Part shown: piece after piece, positions 30,440-39,823 of the stretch
How the letters are laid out: each line of letters begins with the position of its first letter
Numbering within the stretch: the first letter of the stretch is position 1
NCBI GenBank assembly: GCA_000996355.1
Contig: LCAH01000002.1
Location: 29,703 to 93,702, forward strand
DNA: 64,000 bases
Direction: 5' to 3'
Origin: Candidatus Uhrbacteria bacterium GW2011_GWC2_41_11
GTDB lineage: Bacteria; Patescibacteriota; Patescibacteriia; UBA9934; GWF2-40-263
Position numbers and translations under genes: made by a program
Notes under the pieces: model-generated
What the model was told of the DNA's origin: nothing
What the model saw: the letters and a program-made list of their open reading frames with translations, nothing else
Database searches by the model: none

Positions 30440-30675
30440 GTATTGCAGAGAGAAAGGACATGTTCGATGAAAATGACTTATGAGAGACCTGTGGTCGTGG
30501 CTGGAAACCATGGGAAGTCTATTCGTCTGGAATACCACCTTTTGAGCAATCGATTGCTTTGACGTTTCAAGGCAAAAGAGTGGTTCTGTTTAGAAAACAA
30601 CAAACAGAACAATTCGGGTGGAACCGCCTTGTGTATATAAGGTCCCGAACTTCACGTTTTTCGTGGAGTTTTTTG
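30440..30675 (+). promoter_or_regulatory. T-box riboswitch leader, probable threonine specifier (ACC followed by A)
   Basis: AATTCGGGTGGAACCGCC at 30611-30628 matches the T-box/antiterminator consensus AGGGUGGNACCGCG, with the 7-nt bulge UGGAACC. Antiterminator 3' strand GGUCCCGAA at 30641-30649. Mutually exclusive terminator CTTCACG-TTTTT-CGTGGAG plus T-run at 30650-30674. Stem III hairpin TCTGTTT/AAACAGA at 30585-30608. Stem I base GAAAGG (30452-30457) pairs with CCTTTT (30538-30543), preceded on the 3' side by ACC-A (30534-30537). AGAGAGA GA-motif at the base. Confidence 0.6.
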
Positions 30676-30676
30676 T

Positions 30677-31915
30677 TTGAAATATATGGATTTTTCTCAT
30701 CGAGACACATCTTCTTTTGCAGAATCTGTACACAAACAGTCGTCTTTTAAGATATTGGATTTTTCTGAATGGAAAAAACGAAATAAAGAAGCGTCAGGTA
30801 TTGAAAAAAATTGCGTGCTTTCTTTTCCTGAATTACTTGCTCGTGAACACGTTCAAGAATCTTCTTGTGAACAGGTTTTTTCAAAACGTATTCAGGAATG
30901 GATTGAACACGTCAAAGAAAAAGGGGTTAATCCACGAGATCTTGAGACGGTCGAACTTCTTTTTCAATTGTCTCAGAATGCGAAAAATATGGGTGACCTA
31001 TTTCGTCGCATATACAAGGTTCAACCATTTGAATCTTTTGAGGCATTTTGTTCTGTTTTTTGTTCAGGATTAACCGATAAACAGCGTGAATGTGTACGAA
31101 AACAAATTGATTGGTTTTTAGAACGTGTGATTCAGCCACAACGAATCATAAAAGGCGATCCAGAATCTGAAGATCCATACCGTTTCAGACTTTCTACCTA
31201 TTTTCCAGAAGGGGTGTGGATGCTTCTTCCACGACAAGAATTCTATGATTCTTATGATACGTATGTGGAACAAGGTGTTCTTGAAGAAGCATCTGAACTT
31301 CTCAAAAATGGATACACATCTCCTGATTACACACATGCAACCGGTTCGATTGCTTTATCAGATCTTGCAAAACAAAAAGCAATTTTGAGTGCAGGAGAAC
31401 TTCAAAGACAAAATCACACGATAAAGACAGGAGAACAGTATTCGATGCTTAAAACAGCAGATGGGTTGGAGTCGGTCTATGTTGATCCTGGTGGACCGCG
31501 TTATGGGTATCATGTCATGAATTGGTTTGATGAATATCCTGTTACATTTGGTATCAATGCGAAACAACAAGCAAAGTTTCTTCAATCGATCGGATTTCAT
31601 TATCCAAATGGGAGTTTTTTCCTTGATCTCCATACAGATGGGGAACAAATCATTGGACCAAAAGTCCCATTTTCTTCCATAGAAACGATTTATGTTTGGA
31701 AAAAATATGAATCGCAAATACGTGATTGGATAAAGCAATATATCCCAGAAGTGCGACTGATCTCATTGGAGGCCGAACATCTTTTGAGTGAACTTGAGTC
31801 AAAAAGCGGATATCGAAGTCTTATTGAATCTTTTGCAGAAAAACAAGGTCTGTCTTTTGAAGAGGGAGCCGTTCTCTTTTTAAAAGAAATTATTCAAGCA
31901 AATCAATCATCTTAA
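30677..31915 (+). CDS. Hypothetical cytoplasmic protein (412 aa) immediately downstream of the T-box and 15 nt upstream of thrS
   Basis: Long ORF. The track start is TTG at 30677; the first ATG is at 30686. No TM and no recognised motifs. Confidence 0.5.
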   Translation: MKYMDFSHRDTSSFAESVHKQSSFKILDFSEWKKRNKEASGIEKNCVLSFPELLAREHVQESSCEQVFSKRIQEWIEHVKEKGVNPRDLETVELLFQLSQNAKNMGDLFRRIYKVQPFESFEAFCSVFCSGLTDKQRECVRKQIDWFLERVIQPQRIIKGDPESEDPYRFRLSTYFPEGVWMLLPRQEFYDSYDTYVEQGVLEEASELLKNGYTSPDYTHATGSIALSDLAKQKAILSAGELQRQNHTIKTGEQYSMLKTADGLESVYVDPGGPRYGYHVMNWFDEYPVTFGINAKQQAKFLQSIGFHYPNGSFFLDLHTDGEQIIGPKVPFSSIETIYVWKKYESQIRDWIKQYIPEVRLISLEAEHLLSELESKSGYRSLIESFAEKQGLSFEEGAVLFLKEIIQANQSS

Positions 31916-31930
31916 TTTTTCTTTCTTTCT

Positions 31931-33721
31931 ATGTCTCAACCTGATTTCCTTTATGCGATGCGACATTCGACAGCCCATTTGCTTGCAGCGGCTGTTACAG
32001 AACTTTATCCAGAAGTAAAACTCGGTGTTGGTCCAGTTGTTGAGAATGGATTTTTTTATGATCTCGTTACTTCTCAACCATTGACCGAAAATGATTTGTC
32101 TACCATCGAAGCAAAAATGCGTGAAATTCAAAAGCGAGATGATGTTTTCCGTCGTGAAGAAATGTCTTTAGAAGATGCGACCGTTTTTTTTGAAAAACAA
32201 CATCAACCATTTAAGGTTGAGTTGTTACGTGATTTAAAAGAACGCGGCACAACAAAAATTCGTCCGGAGGAAATGCAAGATCTCGGGGAAAAATCCGATA
32301 CGGCTTCCGTCTATTACACAGGAAATTTTGTGGATCTGTGTCGTGGCCCACATATTGAACACACATCTCAAATTGGAGCGTTTAAACTGACAAAATTGGC
32401 AGGTGCCTATTGGCGCGGAGATGAAAAGAATCCACAACTTCAACGCATTTATGGTCTTACATTTGAGACACAAGAAGCATTGGATGCACATCTTCTCATG
32501 CTGGAAGAAGCAAAAAAGCGAGATCATAAAAAATTAGGACCCGAACTTGATTTGTTTACTTTTTCAGAATTAGTTGGTTCCGGGCTTCCGCTTTGGACCC
32601 CACGGGGAACCGTGGTTCGTAATCTGTTAGATCAATTTGTTTGGAAAATGCGTGAAGCTTGCGGGTATGTTCGTGTGGAAATTCCACATATTACAAAAAA
32701 AGATTTGTATGAACGTAGTGGACATTGGGAAAAATTCAAAGATGAACTGTTCAAGATTGAAACACGTGAAGGTCATGTTTTTGCCATGAAACCCATGAAT
32801 TGTCCGCACCACACACAAATTTATGCTCGCAAACCATGGAGTTATCGCGATCTCCCACAACGATATGCGAACTCGACCATGTGTTATCGAGATGAACAGT
32901 CTGGAGAGCTTGCCGGGCTTTCGCGTGTGCGTGCCTTTACGCAAGATGATGCCCATGTTTTCTGTCGTCTTTCGCAAGCCAAAGAGGAATTTTTGAAAAT
33001 TTGGGATATTGTCCATACATTTTATGGCATGTTTGGGTTCAGTTTGCGTGTACGTATTTCCCGACATGATCCTTCTCAGCCTGAAAAATATCTTGGAGAT
33101 GCAGATCGATGGGCATTTGCGGAAAACATGTTGTCTGAAATTGCAAAAGAAAAACACGCTGATTCATTTGACGGTCTTGGAGAAGCCGCGTTTTATGGAC
33201 CAAAATTGGATTTCATGGCCAAGGATGCGATTGGTCGCGAATGGCAAGTGGCAACCATTCAGCTTGATATGAACATGCCGGAGCGATTTGATCTCACTTG
33301 CATCAATGAAAAAGGAGAAAAAGAACGCATTGTCATGATCCATGCAGCCATTATGGGATCAATTGAACGGTTTCTTTCTATTTTGATTGAGCATTTGGCT
33401 GGACAATTTCCGCTTTGGCTTGCTCCGGTTCAGGTTCGATTTATAACTGTGAGTCAAGAAACAATTCCATTTGCAAAGACTTTTCTTGAAACCTGTACTT
33501 CTATTGGAATTCGTGCGGAACTGGATGATTCAGATGAAAAGGTTGGAAAAAAGATTCGTGACGCAGCTATGATGAAAATACCATGGACAGTAGTGGTCGG
33601 AGCAAAAGAGGCGGAAGGAAATCCATTTCATGTTCGAGTTTTTGGTCAAGAGGAAGAACTTATTCTGTCAAAAGAAGAATTATTTGACCGGTTACAAAAA
33701 GAAGGAAAGATGTCTGTCTGA
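31931..33721 (+). CDS. thrS: Threonyl-tRNA synthetase lacking the N-terminal TGS domain (596 aa)
   Basis: Starts in the N2/editing domain (RHSTAHLLAAAV...GPVVENGFFYDL). Class II catalytic core and C-terminal anticodon-binding domain. Confidence 0.9.
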   Translation: MSQPDFLYAMRHSTAHLLAAAVTELYPEVKLGVGPVVENGFFYDLVTSQPLTENDLSTIEAKMREIQKRDDVFRREEMSLEDATVFFEKQHQPFKVELLRDLKERGTTKIRPEEMQDLGEKSDTASVYYTGNFVDLCRGPHIEHTSQIGAFKLTKLAGAYWRGDEKNPQLQRIYGLTFETQEALDAHLLMLEEAKKRDHKKLGPELDLFTFSELVGSGLPLWTPRGTVVRNLLDQFVWKMREACGYVRVEIPHITKKDLYERSGHWEKFKDELFKIETREGHVFAMKPMNCPHHTQIYARKPWSYRDLPQRYANSTMCYRDEQSGELAGLSRVRAFTQDDAHVFCRLSQAKEEFLKIWDIVHTFYGMFGFSLRVRISRHDPSQPEKYLGDADRWAFAENMLSEIAKEKHADSFDGLGEAAFYGPKLDFMAKDAIGREWQVATIQLDMNMPERFDLTCINEKGEKERIVMIHAAIMGSIERFLSILIEHLAGQFPLWLAPVQVRFITVSQETIPFAKTFLETCTSIGIRAELDDSDEKVGKKIRDAAMMKIPWTVVVGAKEAEGNPFHVRVFGQEEELILSKEELFDRLQKEGKMSV

Positions 33722-33732
33722 TGATAAAGAAA

Positions 33733-33762
33733 AAATACTGTCTTGAGGGGCAGTATTTTGTT
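33733..33762 (+). terminator. Putative thrS terminator
   Basis: AATACTG-10 nt loop-CAGTATT followed by TTGTTTT. Confidence 0.5.
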
Positions 33763-33763
33763 T

Positions 33764-33785
33764 TAAAAAACGACCCGAAGGTCGT
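33764..33785 (-). terminator. Rho-independent terminator for minus-strand gene 33795..34496
   Basis: On the minus strand: AACGACC-TTCG-GGTCGTT followed by TTTTTT. Confidence 0.6.
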
Positions 33786-33794
33786 TGAAAATTT

Positions 33795-34496
33795 TCAGTA
33801 TCGAGAGAATATTACCGGCATGACGCCAGTGTCGGCTTCGAAATGGTCTGGATACGGTTTGTCGGGTACCCACCTGTTCCACCCGAAGCGTTCTATGTTC
33901 AGGATGATAGAATCATCCTGATGTTTTTCAAATCTCACTTTTGCCCCATCGTTGGTCGAGACGGCCTGAGACAAGGGGAAGAGAGATTCATCTTTTGTCG
34001 TTTTGATAAGAAACGCCATGAGCACGACGAGTTGAGTCGACGGATTGTCATGTACGTATGCATATATCCGATCGGATTCAACAAGGCGTTTTATCTCTAC
34101 CGACCCTATTTTTTCGTTGACGTGGGGCCAATATTTTCCAACGGATTCCGGGAGAATCCGTTTTGAAAACAGGAACCATGTCGGAGATCTGTCTGATCGA
34201 GTAACATCAGGCCACATGAACATGTGGAAGATACGTCCCAACCTTTGATGGGACATATTCCATATGTCATTGATATGAAAACCTGGATTCGCGACCAGGT
34301 AATAGTTTCCGACCGCTTTTTGAAGCATTTCGGTCGGGAATGGAACAACATCAAGTTCTTTCTTGATTTTATCTGGAATTGGACCGAGAAGGTCTTCCAG
34401 TTCCGGAATCCCGAAGAAGTCTGGTCCCATAATATCTCTTGCCTTTTGATGCCTGAGGGACTCTTCCAAATAGTTTTTTTGACTTTTCTGTGCCAT
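33795..34496 (-). CDS. Hypothetical protein (233 aa)
   Basis: Long ORF followed by its own terminator. No recognised motifs. Confidence 0.5.
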   Translation of the reverse strand: MAQKSQKNYLEESLRHQKARDIMGPDFFGIPELEDLLGPIPDKIKKELDVVPFPTEMLQKAVGNYYLVANPGFHINDIWNMSHQRLGRIFHMFMWPDVTRSDRSPTWFLFSKRILPESVGKYWPHVNEKIGSVEIKRLVESDRIYAYVHDNPSTQLVVLMAFLIKTTKDESLFPLSQAVSTNDGAKVRFEKHQDDSIILNIERFGWNRWVPDKPYPDHFEADTGVMPVIFSRY

Positions 34497-34609
34497 TTTT
34501 TCTCCTTTTTTTCATCGTGTTTGGAAAGAACGACCTGGAAAGATATCAAAAAAAAGGAAAAATGTCAATGGTCTGGAAATAAAAAGACGGCTCAATGGCC
34601 GTCGTATGT

Positions 34610-36088
34610 TTATGGTTGTTCCATGACAAGATCTGCAAAAAGGAGCTTGGCTTCTTGTTCCTCTTTTTTTTCAAGATAGCGTTCACTGAGATAGGAGGCG
34701 AGATAATAATCTCTTTCTTCCATTGCTTTTTTGTAAAGTGGGCGATACCAATGAAAAACAGTGAATTTTCTTGCCGTTGCTTCATTAAGCCATACAAAAC
34801 ACATTCGACTGTTCTTTTTTGGATCAGAGATGATTCCATTCATAAACACGTCGAAAGTTTTTTGATTTTCTGGGTTTCCAAAGATTCTCTGGCGTTCCGA
34901 CTCGAGATCTTCATGGAAATCACCGTTTGGACCAAAGAGATGCATACTCGAATATTCTCCAAAAATCACTTCCTCAAAAACACCAGTACCAACAATTCCT
35001 TCTTTCATAAAAATGGAAGAGATGTGACCCCATCTTGTCTTCTGAATTTCCTTTGGTCCGAAATAGTCATGCGCCATTTGTAATGCCAAAGACCATTCCG
35101 ATTTCTTGAGAGCTTTTTTATACAAAGTTTGATAAAGATCGTCTACACGAATCCCGTAACTATTCGCCTCCTGAAGCATCAGATACTGGTCAGCAAGTGA
35201 AAGGGACTTTTTTGGTTGTTCATTTGCTGGCCGTCGAGGGTTGTACTCGATATATCGGAGAACATAATCGCGAACGATTGAATCTCCAAGCTTATAGTCT
35301 CTTGCGAACAGAGCCGCACCAATGTGTTGTGAGACGGGTTTTATTGTAACAATGGGATCAGAAGTACCATGAGTCCCATAAAAGTCTTTAAAATAGATGT
35401 CCTGCTCAGCAAGGAAAATTTCCTCGGCAAACTTTTTAAGGTCGATTCCTTGTTTTTCAAGAGGAAATTGTTTTTTGAAACAATTGATTTCCTCAGACAC
35501 TCCATAATATTGAGTATGAATTTCAGCCGCATACAAGACAAGATATCCTTCTTTCACAAGTGCATGTACGATTTCATTCCGTTGTTTTGCATCTGGAATC
35601 GTTTGTGCTTCTTGAATGGAAAAAATCCAGTTAAATCCATTCCCGAGCATTTCATCCATGATTCGACAGACAGTCAATTTGTTGCGGTTATCCTGGGTGT
35701 TGAATTCCGGAATGAGATTGCTGTATCTCCACCAGTGTCCGTCTTTTTTCCAAACCATGAATCGTCGCACAAACTTTTCCTGATTCCAATAGAAAGATTT
35801 CGGTCGAATTTGAAATTGACAATCTTTCGTCTCTTCTTCAAATATTCGGGTCATGACCAGAAGATGTTCCTCTGGTGTGAATACGTCTGCATGGTGAGAA
35901 ACATATTCCAACAATAGATCGAGGTCTTTCAGTTCCTTCCATGCACCAGACGTATGGCCAGCCAGCGTTTGTTCAAACGGATATCTGGTCATCTCTTTCT
36001 TGACGTGACTGCCAGCCAGCCAAAGCCCGATTCCAATCGCGCACAAAGAGATGATTTGAAAAAAGATTCGTTTTTTTCCAGAAATCAT
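34610..36088 (-). CDS. Hypothetical membrane-anchored protein (492 aa)
   Basis: N-terminal TM helix (IFFQIISLCAIGIGLWLAG), then a large soluble domain. No recognised motifs. Confidence 0.5.
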   Translation of the reverse strand: MISGKKRIFFQIISLCAIGIGLWLAGSHVKKEMTRYPFEQTLAGHTSGAWKELKDLDLLLEYVSHHADVFTPEEHLLVMTRIFEEETKDCQFQIRPKSFYWNQEKFVRRFMVWKKDGHWWRYSNLIPEFNTQDNRNKLTVCRIMDEMLGNGFNWIFSIQEAQTIPDAKQRNEIVHALVKEGYLVLYAAEIHTQYYGVSEEINCFKKQFPLEKQGIDLKKFAEEIFLAEQDIYFKDFYGTHGTSDPIVTIKPVSQHIGAALFARDYKLGDSIVRDYVLRYIEYNPRRPANEQPKKSLSLADQYLMLQEANSYGIRVDDLYQTLYKKALKKSEWSLALQMAHDYFGPKEIQKTRWGHISSIFMKEGIVGTGVFEEVIFGEYSSMHLFGPNGDFHEDLESERQRIFGNPENQKTFDVFMNGIISDPKKNSRMCFVWLNEATARKFTVFHWYRPLYKKAMEERDYYLASYLSERYLEKKEEQEAKLLFADLVMEQP

Positions 36089-36174
36089 GCTGTTTTCTCC
36101 TGATTGAGTTTTTAAAAGAACTGTTTATCTTTTTTAGCATATTTTTTTGATTTGTCAATAGAAAAAGAATTTTT

Positions 36175-36834
36175 TTAAAGAAATTTGAACGAATGAATAA
36201 GTGTCTGAAATGCTTCTTCCTCGCGACCAAGATGTTCTTTGACAAAATTCAAATTGAAAATCACAATACCGCCGAATGCATGATTCGGATGAAAGATCGC
36301 ATACACATCAATATTTTCAAGCGGCTCGCCCCAAATTTCTGTCTTGGCTGTGTAAGCATGGGCTACATGCAGACCAGAAGATGTCGTCACCATTTCGCAA
36401 TCCAGTTGCTCTTCACACCAGATCTCAATTTGTTCTTGACTGTGGAAATGATCTGAAAGATCACTGAGAAACCCACCGCGTCCCAAAGGAGTACCTTTAT
36501 CATGTGCAGACAGAAAAAAGAGAGATTGATGTCCATTATCTACCAATAGATTACGATGAATCACACCATCATAAAGAAGATTTCCCTTTTTATCTTTTTT
36601 TTCTTCTTGAGTATAAAATCCTTGTTCTTCTTTTACCATTATCTGTTTCCATGATGCCGGATAGTCAAAAGAGATGCCAAGCACAGGATCTGTATAGGAA
36701 AGAAGAGAGGAAGAAGATTTTTCTTGTTTTTCAAATGGTTGTTTATCTGCAGAAGATGTTTGTGTGCAACCATTACCAACTAGAGAAAAAGAGAGAAGGA
36801 GAAAGAAGATGGATTGTAAAAAGAAAAAAGACAT
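36175..36834 (-). CDS. Hypothetical secreted protein / possible lipoprotein
   Basis: Signal peptide with a Cys shortly after (SLVGNGC). No recognised domain. Confidence 0.5.
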   Translation of the reverse strand: MSFFFLQSIFFLLLSFSLVGNGCTQTSSADKQPFEKQEKSSSSLLSYTDPVLGISFDYPASWKQIMVKEEQGFYTQEEKKDKKGNLLYDGVIHRNLLVDNGHQSLFFLSAHDKGTPLGRGGFLSDLSDHFHSQEQIEIWCEEQLDCEMVTTSSGLHVAHAYTAKTEIWGEPLENIDVYAIFHPNHAFGGIVIFNLNFVKEHLGREEEAFQTLIHSFKFL

Positions 36835-36897
36835 AAAAAAAGGAAGTTTTTATTCCCTTATTGAACGAGAAAAAGATCATTCTATTACGAACACTCT

Positions 36898-37983
36898 ATG
36901 TCTACTTCCACTCAGTTGTTCGATTATTTTTTGCCATCAGAACACATTGCACAACAATCCGTGGAACCAAGAGATCATTCACGGCTTCTTGTTTTGGATC
37001 GTCTTACAGGAGAGATGCATCATCATCATTTTTTTGAGATTGAAAAAGAATTACGTGCCGGAGATCTTCTTGTCTTGAATGATACCAAAGTGTTCAAAGC
37101 ACGATTACATGGTTGGATTGGACAGCGAAAAGTGGAAGTTTTTCTCCTTCGTCCACAAGAAGAAAATTTTTGGCACGTTCTGCTCAAGCCGGGACGAAAA
37201 GTTCATGTAGGGGATCAAATTGATTTTGATGGGTTGTCAGGGAGAATTTTAACAAAAAAACAGGATGGAACTGCACAAATAAAAATAAATGGTTCTGTTT
37301 CCGATGTTTTTCATTTTGCAGATCTTCATGGAGAAGTTCCGATCCCTCCCTATGTTGGTCATATGCCGGATTCGTCTGAGGCATATCAGACGACTTATGC
37401 ACGTAGCGTTGGATCTGTGGCAGCCCCGACTGCAGGTTTCCATTTTACCGAACGTCTTATCGCAGATCTTAAGAAGAAAGGAATCGCATTTGCATTTGTG
37501 ACGCTTCATGTCGGGTTGGGAACGTTTCGGCCAATAAAGACAGAGACCATTGAACAGCATGAAATGCATGCGGAGTTTGTAGAAATTTCGTCAGAGACGG
37601 CACAATATGTGAATGAAGCAAAACAGCACGGACGTCGTGTGATTGCTGTTGGGACAACAACCGTACGTGCTCTTGAGGGAGCAGCTCTTGCATCATTTTC
37701 TTCTTTTGAAAAGGATGGAAAAAAAAGATATCTTCCAGAACAAGGATTCATTCAGGATGTCAATCTGTTTATTGCGCCAGGATTTACGTTTCGTATACTT
37801 GATGGACTCATCACGAATTTTCATTTGCCAAAATCGACTCTTTTGGTTCTTGTCTCTGCTTTTGCTGGTCGAGAACATACGCTGGCTTCCTATAAAGAAG
37901 CGATTCGGCTTGGATATCGGTTTTATTCGTTTGGAGACGCAATGATGATAAGATCTGGAAAAGAGACATATCAGGATATTTGA
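36898..37983 (+). CDS. queA: S-adenosylmethionine:tRNA ribosyltransferase-isomerase
   Basis: N-terminus LFDYFLPSEHIAQQSVEPRDHSRLLVLDR matches the QueA consensus. 361 aa. Confidence 0.85.
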   Translation: MSTSTQLFDYFLPSEHIAQQSVEPRDHSRLLVLDRLTGEMHHHHFFEIEKELRAGDLLVLNDTKVFKARLHGWIGQRKVEVFLLRPQEENFWHVLLKPGRKVHVGDQIDFDGLSGRILTKKQDGTAQIKINGSVSDVFHFADLHGEVPIPPYVGHMPDSSEAYQTTYARSVGSVAAPTAGFHFTERLIADLKKKGIAFAFVTLHVGLGTFRPIKTETIEQHEMHAEFVEISSETAQYVNEAKQHGRRVIAVGTTTVRALEGAALASFSSFEKDGKKRYLPEQGFIQDVNLFIAPGFTFRILDGLITNFHLPKSTLLVLVSAFAGREHTLASYKEAIRLGYRFYSFGDAMMIRSGKETYQDI

Positions 37984-38137
37984 ATAAACGTGTAATTGAA
38001 ATAATGTATTTTTGGGCAGTGAATGATGAATAAATCTTTGGGACTTGTTGAAATAATTTATGGTTGACTTTTTACAATTTTTTTATTAAGGTTTTGTCGT
38101 TCTTTAACCCCCCTTTCTTTATAAAGGAGATATATCA

Positions 38138-38893
38138 TTGTCTAAAATTTTTTTTGTTTTATTTCCGGGGGCATTTGGTAATCAAGAAGAGAAATATATT
38201 GATTTTTGGTTTCAACATGTTATTCAAAAAATTTCTCAATGGGCTGAAGTTTCAGAAAGAGAAATTCATATTGTAAAAATCTGTTACCAGGGTAAAACTC
38301 TTGAACATTGTGTTCGTGGAATATTGAAGCAGGTAGAAAATATCCCTGATGGGACAGCAATACCTATTTGTTACAGTATGGGTGGTCCTATAATGGAATG
38401 TGTGGCAATGAAGAGACCCAAATTATTTGTTCATCCCATAGGAATTGCTACAACAGGTCTTGGGATGACACTTGGGGGCATTTTTAAAACCCTTTTTACG
38501 ATTTGGAACATCTTTTTAGTGGGTCTGTTCACTCAGACACTCATTATGACTCCTCGGGCCATCGATCGTCTTTTTTTTGGTGGAAGGGGTAGCGAAGAAG
38601 AAAAAAAAGAAATAGTCAAACATATTCATCCACAGTCAATATGGATGATTTTTGAACTGATTGTTCTTCTTTTGTTCCGTACTTTCAATGGAAAGAAAGA
38701 ACATCCTTCTCTTTCTTTTTCTCTATTTTTTTCGGCTACTGTCTTGGTTCCGGCAAAGTGTCCTATTGCTTCACATACACGTTTTGGAACAAATGTGAGT
38801 ATTGTGCAGATTCCAAATACGTATCATGGTGTTATTTTACAAAAACATTTTATAAGCCCATTTCTTGAGAAGGTACTCAAGACCATCTTATGA
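38138..38893 (+). CDS. Hypothetical protein, possible alpha/beta-hydrolase fold
   Basis: ICYSMGG resembles a GxSxG nucleophile elbow. C-terminal hydrophobic segments. Weak. Confidence 0.4.
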   Translation: MSKIFFVLFPGAFGNQEEKYIDFWFQHVIQKISQWAEVSEREIHIVKICYQGKTLEHCVRGILKQVENIPDGTAIPICYSMGGPIMECVAMKRPKLFVHPIGIATTGLGMTLGGIFKTLFTIWNIFLVGLFTQTLIMTPRAIDRLFFGGRGSEEEKKEIVKHIHPQSIWMIFELIVLLLFRTFNGKKEHPSLSFSLFFSATVLVPAKCPIASHTRFGTNVSIVQIPNTYHGVILQKHFISPFLEKVLKTIL

Positions 38894-38919
38894 CTCAGAC
38901 TTTTTGTCTGAGTTTTTTC
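38893..38919 (+). terminator. Rho-independent terminator
   Basis: ACTCAGAC-TTTTT-GTCTGAGT followed by TTTTTT. Confidence 0.8.
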
Positions 38920-39056
38920 GAATTCCTTGCCATTTTTCACTTGTTTCCTTATACTTCGAACACGTTCTAAATCACACAGGCGGAAAAAAGAGCTCGGTTC
39001 CTCCCAAGATGTCTTGGGTTCCGAATACTCCCGCCGAGGATAAAAGGAATTTTATT

Positions 39057-39767
39057 ATGCCAACCATTCCAAAACTTGAGGACATGCTCAAGGCCGGCAT
39101 TCATTTTGGGCACCAGTCATCGCGCTGGCATCCACGTATGGAGCCATATATTTTTACCGAACGAGGTGGAATCCATATCATCAATTTGGAAAAAACTCAA
39201 GAGATGCTTTCAAAAGCTCTTGATATTTTAAAAGGGATTGCCTCACGCGGCGGAGTGATTATGTGTGTGGGAACGAAGCGTCAGGCTCAGGAGATTTTAA
39301 AAACAGAAATGGAAGCCTGTGGGATGCCATATGTGAATCAGCGCTGGCTTGGTGGAACACTGACAAATTTTGCAGAAATTCGTAAATTGATTCGTCGATA
39401 TAAAATGTTGAAAGATCAGCAAGCAAAGGGAGAATTGAAAAAATATACAAAGAAGGAACAGTTGATGTTCGCTCGTGAAATTGAAGAACTTGACAAGAAG
39501 GTGGGAGGAATTCAAACCATTGATCGATTGCCGGATGCGCTTTTTATCGTAGATATCAAAACAGAAAAAACAGCATTGGAAGAAGCAATAGTTACAGGTA
39601 TTCCTGTGATTGCACTGTGTGATACAAATGTAAATCCTGATGATGTTCAGTATCCCATTCCTGCCAATGATGATGCGGTGAAATCTATTCAAATGATGCT
39701 TCATCTTGTTTCCGAAGCTATTCAGGAAGGAAAGAATCAGAAACAAAAAGAAGAAGGGGCTGTCTAA
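39057..39767 (+). CDS. rpsB: 30S ribosomal protein S2
   Basis: MPTIPKLEDMLKAGIHFGHQSSRWHPRM is the canonical S2 N-terminus. The ATG at 39057 is preferred over the track start (38865), which would overlap the terminator. A CCCAAGA-TGT-CTTGGG hairpin lies in the leader. Confidence 0.85.
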   Translation: MPTIPKLEDMLKAGIHFGHQSSRWHPRMEPYIFTERGGIHIINLEKTQEMLSKALDILKGIASRGGVIMCVGTKRQAQEILKTEMEACGMPYVNQRWLGGTLTNFAEIRKLIRRYKMLKDQQAKGELKKYTKKEQLMFAREIEELDKKVGGIQTIDRLPDALFIVDIKTEKTALEEAIVTGIPVIALCDTNVNPDDVQYPIPANDDAVKSIQMMLHLVSEAIQEGKNQKQKEEGAV

Positions 39768-39823
39768 CTTTTTTGAAAAATAGGCGGCAATTAAAACAGG
39801 AGGAAATCCATAAAAGATTTTTT

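Noticed and set aside
34106-34549. 147-aa minus-strand ORF overlapping 33795..34496
   Set aside because: Alternative frame of the same region. The 233-aa frame ends at the clean terminator and was preferred, though without homology the frame choice is not certain.
38865-39056. Upstream extension of rpsB in the ORF track (start at 38865)
   Set aside because: It would overlap the terminator of the previous gene and add 64 non-S2 residues. The canonical S2 N-terminus begins at the ATG at 39057.
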